Below, one piece after another: positions 57,960-64,000 of a DNA stretch of 64,000 bases; the first letter of the stretch is position 1, and every line of letters begins with the position of its first letter. The notes under the pieces are model-generated. The model saw only the letters and a program-made list of their open reading frames with translations. It was not told the origin of the DNA and did no database searches. Location of the stretch: positions 56,016 through 120,015 of the forward strand of contig JBFMGK010000027.1 in the NCBI GenBank assembly GCA_040752575.1. The letters are read 5' to 3'. The position numbers and the translations under genes were made by a program. This DNA is from Candidatus Bipolaricaulota bacterium. GTDB taxonomy: Bacteria; Bipolaricaulota; Bipolaricaulia; UBA7950; UBA9294.

Positions 57960-59894
57960 ATGCGGTTGCGGGCGCAGATGCTGCTCGGGACGGCAGCGAT
58001 CAGTGCCGTCGTGGTCGTGACGCTGCTGGGCATCGTGGCGCCGCGCCTCGAGCAGTCCTTTGCCGCCCTCGAGTACGGGGCCGTGCGACAGGACCTCGCG
58101 CGGGCGACGAACGCAATCCGCGCCGAATTAGCAGCGCTGCAAGGAACCGCCGAGGACTGGGGGGCGTGGGACGACACGGTCGCGTTTGTCCGCGGCCAGG
58201 CTCCTGACTACGTCGAGCAGAACCTCATGCCGTGGTCGATGGAGAATCTGCGACTCGACTTCATGGTCTTCTACGATGAGGCAGGGCGTCGCGTCCTTGC
58301 TCGCGGATTCGACGCCGCAGAGGCCGCGATCGCCGAGGTCGGCGAGCCGACCCTTAGCGCACTCGGACGCGTTCTCGAATCCCTACGCGCCGAAGCGATC
58401 GAGAGCGCGGCGGAGCTGGTGGATCTCGGCGGGGAGTTCGCCCTTGTTGCGTTCACGCCGATTCTAGACAGCGAGCAACGTGGGCCGAGTGCAGGAACCG
58501 TCGCGCTCGGGCGTCTCTTGACGGTGGGGAGTCTTGCCGACCTTGCGTCCCAGGTGCAGCTTCCGCTGTCGATCCGTTCGTTGGAATCCGACGTCGTTCC
58601 GCCGTCCGCCGGCGACCAACTGGCACGCGAGGGTTTCGCCGTCGCGCCGCTCGACGAGCGGGTGATCGCGGGCTACGCGCTCTGGCCGACGAGGACCGGT
58701 GCCCCTGCTGTCGTGAGTTTCGCCACGCCTCGGACCATATTCCAAACCGGGCAGCGAACGGTGCGAGTCCTGATGGCGAGCCTTCTTGCCATCCTCGTGG
58801 CGACCGCCGTCGGCTTCCTGCTCTTCCTGCGTTCGAGAATCCTCTCGCGCACCTCGGGCTTGGCTGCGGAGGTTGGGAAGATCGCCGCGTCCGGCGATCG
58901 CAGCGGGCGCGTCAGTGTCTCCGGCCAGGACGAGCTGGCCGACCTTGGACGCCAGATCAACGGGATGCTCCGTGCCCTTGAGGCATCGAACGCCGCCCTC
59001 GAGCGGAGCGAGGGGCGGTACCGCAATCTCTTCGAGTCATCGCGCGATCCCATCTACATCACAACTGCCGACGGGGCGTTCGTCGACGTCAACCGGGCGC
59101 TGCTTGACCTATTCGGCTACGCCAAAGAGGAACTGAAGACGCTCTCGGCGGCTTCGCTCTACGCGCGCGTCGAAGACCGCGAGGCGTTTCGCGCCTTGAT
59201 CGACGAGAAGGGGTTCGTCGCGAACTACCCCGTGAGTCTCCGGAAGAAGGATGGAACTCACGTCGAGTGCCTGCTGACGACGATCGCTGAGGAGGCTCCA
59301 GGCGGTTCCGGACGACACTATCAGGGGATCCTCCGCGATGTCACCGAGATCCTCCGCCATCAGGAACGGCTCACGTACCTCGCGACGCATGACCCGCTCA
59401 CCGGGTTGCTGACGCGAGGTGCGCTCGATGACGTCCTCCAGCTTGAGATCGCGCGTGCGATGCGCAATCTGGAACGACTGGCCGTGTTCTACCTCGACCT
59501 CGATCGATTCAAGGCGATCAACGACACGCACGGGCACGCCGCAGGCGACCGTCTCCTTCAGGATGTTGCGCAGCGTCTCCGGGCGTCGCTTCGCGCAAGC
59601 GATGCGGTCGCGAGGCTTGGCGGCGACGAGTTCGTAGCGCTTCTTCCCGGCATCGACTCGCCGCGCGATGCGGAGATCGCAGCGGAGAAGGTGGTACGGG
59701 CCTTGCGCGACGCGTTCCGCATCGATGGGGAAAAGCTAGACCTCTCGGTCAGCATCGGGATCGCGCTGTGCCCTGACGACGGAGAGAGCCCGATCCGCCT
59801 CCTCCAGAGGGCCGACGCCGCGATGTACTCGGTGAAGGGATTGGGGCGCAACGGCTGGAAGCGATGCAGCGCTTCAGACGGCTCGCCCTCATGA
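57960..59894 (+). CDS. Membrane diguanylate cyclase (CHASE4-HAMP-PAS-GGDEF)
   Basis: DWGAWDDT CHASE4 motif; DELADL..IN.ML HAMP; PAS; RLGGDEF with RASD I-site. Confidence 0.92.
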   Translation: MRLRAQMLLGTAAISAVVVVTLLGIVAPRLEQSFAALEYGAVRQDLARATNAIRAELAALQGTAEDWGAWDDTVAFVRGQAPDYVEQNLMPWSMENLRLDFMVFYDEAGRRVLARGFDAAEAAIAEVGEPTLSALGRVLESLRAEAIESAAELVDLGGEFALVAFTPILDSEQRGPSAGTVALGRLLTVGSLADLASQVQLPLSIRSLESDVVPPSAGDQLAREGFAVAPLDERVIAGYALWPTRTGAPAVVSFATPRTIFQTGQRTVRVLMASLLAILVATAVGFLLFLRSRILSRTSGLAAEVGKIAASGDRSGRVSVSGQDELADLGRQINGMLRALEASNAALERSEGRYRNLFESSRDPIYITTADGAFVDVNRALLDLFGYAKEELKTLSAASLYARVEDREAFRALIDEKGFVANYPVSLRKKDGTHVECLLTTIAEEAPGGSGRHYQGILRDVTEILRHQERLTYLATHDPLTGLLTRGALDDVLQLEIARAMRNLERLAVFYLDLDRFKAINDTHGHAAGDRLLQDVAQRLRASLRASDAVARLGGDEFVALLPGIDSPRDAEIAAEKVVRALRDAFRIDGEKLDLSVSIGIALCPDDGESPIRLLQRADAAMYSVKGLGRNGWKRCSASDGSPS

Positions 59895-61154
59895 AGCCGG
59901 GTCGCGCGCCAGCGCTGCGGCGAGCGCGGCGGCCAACACGGACGACGAATCACGTCGGCGTTCGAGTCGCCGCTTCTCGCGGCGAAGGGCCCGGAATCCG
60001 AACGGCGAGTGGGCCTCGAGCCGGCGGACGCAGTCCGGCGTGAACTGCCGTGGCGCCGCGGCGACCGCGCCGAGGATGATCTGGAGACTGGCTCCCCGTA
60101 GGAGATCTGCCAGCGCCGCGGCGGCAGGCGCCTCGTTGGGGCGAAGCTGCTCAAGGACCCAGGCGCGGAAGTGCAGAAGCCGGAAGACCAGCCGATCGAG
60201 CGGCCAGCGACCGAGGAGTTGGGAGAACACGGTCAGCATTCCGCAACGCGCGTCTTCTGCCGCATCCTGCAGATCGTCGGCCAGCTGGAGGAGAGCGCCG
60301 AGGCTGAAGAAAAGCGAGACGTTTGCTTGGGAGAGGTCGCCGGCCACGAGGTAGCCGTCGGCGAGAACCGAGGCCCCGCCCTTCTCGAGACTGATGCCGA
60401 GGACGTCGATGCCATATGGAGGCTCGTCGCGTTCCAGGAGCGACAGACTCCGTGCCTGAGCTGAGTGGATCACGGCAAGGCTCTCGTAGACGCGGGGGAC
60501 CTCGGCCCGCACGTGCTCGGACTCGACCTCGGCGACGAGACGCCAGAGGTCGGTCTCGACCTGGCTCTCGGGGGGCAGAGGGTCGCCGGCCAGACGTCGG
60601 CCGAAGCGCTCGCCAAGACGCACCTTGTCGAGCTCACGAACCGTGGGATCGTCGAGCAGATTGTCCGTGAGCGGGTACAGCATGCTGTACGCGAAGACCG
60701 ACGGAGTGACCCGGAGCGGCAGCCCAAGCATGACTTGAAGCCCGTTCATGGTCCAGACGTTTCGGCTGGCCTGGAAGATCTCGTCGAGCGGCATCGAGGG
60801 CGCGAACTCGCGCGCCCGCCGAGCGAACTCGGTCGCGCAGGTCGCGAAGCCCCCGTGGAGAAGAAGGTCCACGTGTGCGTCGCTCGCGCCGAGCGACGCG
60901 CGAGCGAATGCCCTGCCGGAGAGAGAGAGGCGTCTCTCTGCAGCGCGACGCTCGTCGACCGTCGTCGGCGGATGCTGGGCCTCTTCGAGCAACTCGTCGA
61001 CCAGGAGCCGCAGTTCGCGCTCCCGGCGTCGCTGCTCGCAGCGCGCATACGTTCGGGGTAGCTCCGGAAGGCGTGATGTCCCGCGCCACCAAGCCTCCGC
61101 GCACGCGGCGGCGCACTCTTGCGATAGGCGCCCCACGGGGGTGTTCTCAACCAT
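59889..61154 (-). CDS. Class I isoprenoid-synthase-fold protein of unknown function
   Basis: All-helical; Asp-rich motifs YPLTDNLLDD and LQLADDLQD; EKGGASV. Confidence 0.6.
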   Translation of the reverse strand: MVENTPVGRLSQECAAACAEAWWRGTSRLPELPRTYARCEQRRRERELRLLVDELLEEAQHPPTTVDERRAAERRLSLSGRAFARASLGASDAHVDLLLHGGFATCATEFARRAREFAPSMPLDEIFQASRNVWTMNGLQVMLGLPLRVTPSVFAYSMLYPLTDNLLDDPTVRELDKVRLGERFGRRLAGDPLPPESQVETDLWRLVAEVESEHVRAEVPRVYESLAVIHSAQARSLSLLERDEPPYGIDVLGISLEKGGASVLADGYLVAGDLSQANVSLFFSLGALLQLADDLQDAAEDARCGMLTVFSQLLGRWPLDRLVFRLLHFRAWVLEQLRPNEAPAAAALADLLRGASLQIILGAVAAAPRQFTPDCVRRLEAHSPFGFRALRREKRRLERRRDSSSVLAAALAAALARDPAS

Positions 61155-61306
61155 CGTCAACCTCCGGCTTGCGACGTTCGCGCGTCGCGACCGGAGTCTA
61201 ACACGACGAGCCAAGGCTGGCGGCACGGGGCAGCCGGGTCTTGCCGCGCGAGATCCCTCTCAGCGTTGCCGTGGCGCGGCGGACCACCCACCGGGGCCTT
61301 GGCGAT

Positions 61307-62332
61307 CTACACCGCATCTCCCACGGAGCCCTCGGGGGGAAGCAACGGTCGATGCGGATGGAGATGGCCAGCTCCCTGGATGCCGACGAAGTAAGGCGCG
61401 AAGTCGACGTTGCCGCCCGAGAGAAGGATCCCCACGCGCTGGCCTGGAACCCGGAGTTTGCCGCAAAGCAGTGGGGCAACGGCAACGGCGGCCGAGGGCT
61501 CGACGACGAGCTTGGTCCTCTCCCACAGGAATCGCATCGTGGTCCGGATGTCGGCTTCGCTGACCAGGACGATGTCGTCAAGCGACAGGCGGCGGAGGAT
61601 CGTGAACGGAAGCTCGCCGAGCGGGGTACGGAGGCCGTCGGCGATCGTGTTCGGTGTGAAGTCCGTGACCCGGCTTCCGGTTTGGAGCGAGCGTGCGGCG
61701 TCGTCGGCTCCCTCGGGCTCGCAGCCGATCACTCTGGCGTGGGGGACTACGTGCCGAGCGGCGAGCAGCGTTCCCGAGAGGAGGCCGCCGCCGCCGACGG
61801 GCGCAAGGATCAGGTCGAGATCCTTCGCCTCTTCGAGAAGCTCGCACGTCGCGGAGGCTTGCCCGGCGACGACGAACGGGTCGTCGTGCGGTGAGATGTA
61901 GCAGGCTCGGGTCTCGTGAGCGATCCGCTCGACGACCTCCCGACGACCGGAGTGCGTGGGGTCGCAGAAGAGGACGCGCGCGCCGTAGTCGCGCGTTGCA
62001 CCCACCTTGGTGGGATTCGAGTCTTTGGGCATGACCAGCGTTGCGGGAATCTCATGAAGGCGCGCCGCGAGAGCGAGAGCTTGGGCATGATTGCCGCTCG
62101 AGTCGGCCACGACGCCGCGGGGACGCTCGTCGGCGGAGAGACCCGCAACGGCGTTCACCGCGCCGCGGAACTTGAACGAACCGGTCCTCTGGAAGTTCTC
62201 GCACTTGAGGAAGACGCGAGCCCCGCATGCGGCGTCGAGGAGGCTCGACGTGTGGATGGGCGTGCGATGGGCAAACGGGGCGATGCGCCGGCGCGCGGCC
62301 TGGATTTCCGACCAGTTCGGCGCTAGGGGCAT
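61307..62332 (-). CDS. PLP-dependent threonine/serine dehydratase (serine racemase-like)
   Basis: KCENFQRTGSFKFRGA; SSGNHAQ; PVGGGGL; VEPS; SGGN. Confidence 0.92.
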   Translation of the reverse strand: MPLAPNWSEIQAARRRIAPFAHRTPIHTSSLLDAACGARVFLKCENFQRTGSFKFRGAVNAVAGLSADERPRGVVADSSGNHAQALALAARLHEIPATLVMPKDSNPTKVGATRDYGARVLFCDPTHSGRREVVERIAHETRACYISPHDDPFVVAGQASATCELLEEAKDLDLILAPVGGGGLLSGTLLAARHVVPHARVIGCEPEGADDAARSLQTGSRVTDFTPNTIADGLRTPLGELPFTILRRLSLDDIVLVSEADIRTTMRFLWERTKLVVEPSAAVAVAPLLCGKLRVPGQRVGILLSGGNVDFAPYFVGIQGAGHLHPHRPLLPPEGSVGDAV

Positions 62333-62880
62333 GCTTCCTCCCGGAAGAACGCATCGCGGTAGAGGCGGAGTTCGGCGATCGACTCGCGTAGGTCATCCAG
62401 CGCGCGGTGGCGCGACGCCTTGTCCAGCTTTGAGGCGATCTCGGGACGCCAACGGCGCGCAAGCTCCTTGATGGAACTTACGTCGACGTTCCGATAGTGG
62501 AGAGCGGCCTCAAGCTTCGGCATGTGACGGATCAGAAACCGGCGGTCGAAGCAGACGGAGTTTCCTGCGAGAGGCGAGGCTCCCGAGATGCAGTGGCGCA
62601 TCACGTAGTCCAGCGTCCGCGCTTCCGCCTCGGCGAGCGCCACCGTCGAGGCACGAGACGCCTCGAGTAGGCCGCTTGCCGCATGCTGGCGCGCACACCA
62701 CGGGTCGAGTTGGCCGATCGCGTGCCCCGCCTGGTGGACGACCAGATCGATCCCGTCGCCGAGTTCGTTGAGTTCCTTGTCGGTGACAAGGCAGGCGATC
62801 TCGAGGACGACGCGCGTCTCGGGGTCGAGACCGGTCGTCTCCAGATCGATCCAAACGAGGTGATCCGCCTGTCGCGCCAT
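62323..62880 (-). CDS. orn: Oligoribonuclease
   Basis: LVWIDLETTGL; AGNSV.FDRRFL; HYRNVDVSSIKEL; HRALDD..ES. Confidence 0.95.
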   Translation of the reverse strand: MARQADHLVWIDLETTGLDPETRVVLEIACLVTDKELNELGDGIDLVVHQAGHAIGQLDPWCARQHAASGLLEASRASTVALAEAEARTLDYVMRHCISGASPLAGNSVCFDRRFLIRHMPKLEAALHYRNVDVSSIKELARRWRPEIASKLDKASRHRALDDLRESIAELRLYRDAFFREEACP

Positions 62881-62977
62881 GTCCTGCCCTCCGCGTGGAG
62901 CGTAACGCCGCCGGGGCTTGGCGGCCATGGAAGCGCGGGGGCAGGGCGTCAGCGCGTCCCGCCCCCTGCTTGGGAAC

Positions 62978-64000
62978 CTAGTGCTTCTTTGTCGCAGCCC
63001 TGGCGGCGGGTGGAGTCAGGCCGACGAGCGAGACGACGAGGCCGAGCCCGGCGAGCGCCATGACGGGGACGAAGACCGAGAGGTAGCTTCCGGTGGCGTC
63101 TCGGATCATGCCCGAGAGGATGCTCCCGAGAATGGCTCCGACCCCGTACGCCGTGAACACGATGCCGTAGTTTCTCGCGTAGTGCCGTGTCCCAAAGAAA
63201 GTGGCCGTCGCCGTGGGCGCGATCGCCAGCCACCCGCCGAGATTCAGATACAACAGGACGAAGGCGACGAAGTAGACGGCGCTACTGCCCTTGCCTGCGA
63301 AGTAAACCAGGCCAGCTGCGAGCAGGATCAGGACGAACGAGAGAGCCGCCGCGTAACGAGGGGTCAGCCGATCGGTCAACCAGCCGAAGAGCGGCCTGCC
63401 GATGGCGTTCGGAATCGCGAAGATCGACACGGCCAGAGTGGCCAGGGTGCTCGTCACGCCGGCGACCTCGAGCCCGAAAGGTTTGGCGATCCCGATCGAC
63501 ATCAGGCCGGCGAGACAGCCGATGGTGTAGCAGCCCCACAGTGCGTAGAACGTGCCGCGTCTCACCATCTGTCCGCGATCCAGATCGGCAGCGCCCGACG
63601 TGCTGCCTGAGGTCTTGCCCGCCTTGGCCGCCGCAGGTTTGAACCCCTTGGGCGCCCAGCCGGACGGCGGGAAACGCAGGGGGAGGGCGAGGGCGAGGAG
63701 GATGACGAGGAACACCGCTCCGAGCACCGTGAACGTGCGGACGACGCCGAGTGGGCCGATCAACGCGTCGGCAACGGGGGCGAGGATCAGCGCCGAGAGA
63801 CCGAAACCCATCACGGTGAGCCCGACCGCGAGTCCTTTCTTGTCCGGGAACCACTTGCCGGCCACGGCAATCGGGCAACCATACGCAACGCCGACGCCGC
63901 CTCCCGCAAGCACGCCGTAGAAGAGCGTAAGAACCCAGATGTTCGGCGAGAATCCAGACAGGATCCAGCCGGCGCCGACGAGCGATCCGCCCAGCAAGGT
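62978..64000 (-). CDS. OFA (oxalate:formate antiporter) family MFS transporter, 5'-truncated
   Basis: KWFPDKKGLAVG; NAIGR..FG..TD; FFG..Y..NYG..FTAYG. Confidence 0.88.
   Translation of the reverse strand, partial: TLLGGSLVGAGWILSGFSPNIWVLTLFYGVLAGGGVGVAYGCPIAVAGKWFPDKKGLAVGLTVMGFGLSALILAPVADALIGPLGVVRTFTVLGAVFLVILLALALPLRFPPSGWAPKGFKPAAAKAGKTSGSTSGAADLDRGQMVRRGTFYALWGCYTIGCLAGLMSIGIAKPFGLEVAGVTSTLATLAVSIFAIPNAIGRPLFGWLTDRLTPRYAAALSFVLILLAAGLVYFAGKGSSAVYFVAFVLLYLNLGGWLAIAPTATATFFGTRHYARNYGIVFTAYGVGAILGSILSGMIRDATGSYLSVFVPVMALAGLGLVVSLVGLTPPAARAATKKH

Noticed and set aside
59889..59894. Palindrome TCATGA holding the stop codons of both convergent genes
   Set aside because: Real but a common compact overlap with no further implication.
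61307..61400. Possible frameshift giving the dehydratase a non-homologous tail
   Set aside because: The catalytic domain is complete through SGGNVD; a short variable tail needs no recoding.

Overview
GC-rich bacterial chromosomal window with about 55 CDS and one tRNA-Leu(CAA). I see no integrase, transposase, CRISPR array or prophage. Layout: (1) 1-12.4 kb accessory block of small-molecule enzymes (methyltransferases, VOC, two paralogous tandem GNATs, transporters, a three-repeat secreted protein, a decayed ferritin-like gene); (2) mtaD-rpsO-pnp-M16 peptidase-coaD on the minus strand; (3) a long plus-strand envelope/division run yraN-comM-bamA-ompH-fabZ-ftcD-murD-ftsW-murG-murC-murB-ftsQ-ftsA-ftsZ, with no lpx genes between ompH and fabZ; (4) a ~1890-aa secreted repeat protein translationally coupled to a predicted outer-membrane beta-barrel that carries a homologous Ig-like domain, downstream of a TATAAT promoter with a CRP/FNR-type palindrome at about -41.5. 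This pair is the best candidate for an undescribed secretion/surface-display system; (5) a sugar ABC ATPase-glk-pgi-gnd-zwf-pgl operon; (6) a Lol-like ABC cluster; (7) guaA, a CHASE4-HAMP-PAS-GGDEF cyclase, an isoprenoid-synthase-fold protein, a PLP dehydratase, orn and an OFA transporter. Gene content suggests an LPS-poor diderm such as Ca. Bipolaricaulota (inference, not verified). Start codons were re-picked by eye from RBS and overlap context, and all family calls come from motif recognition, not database searches.
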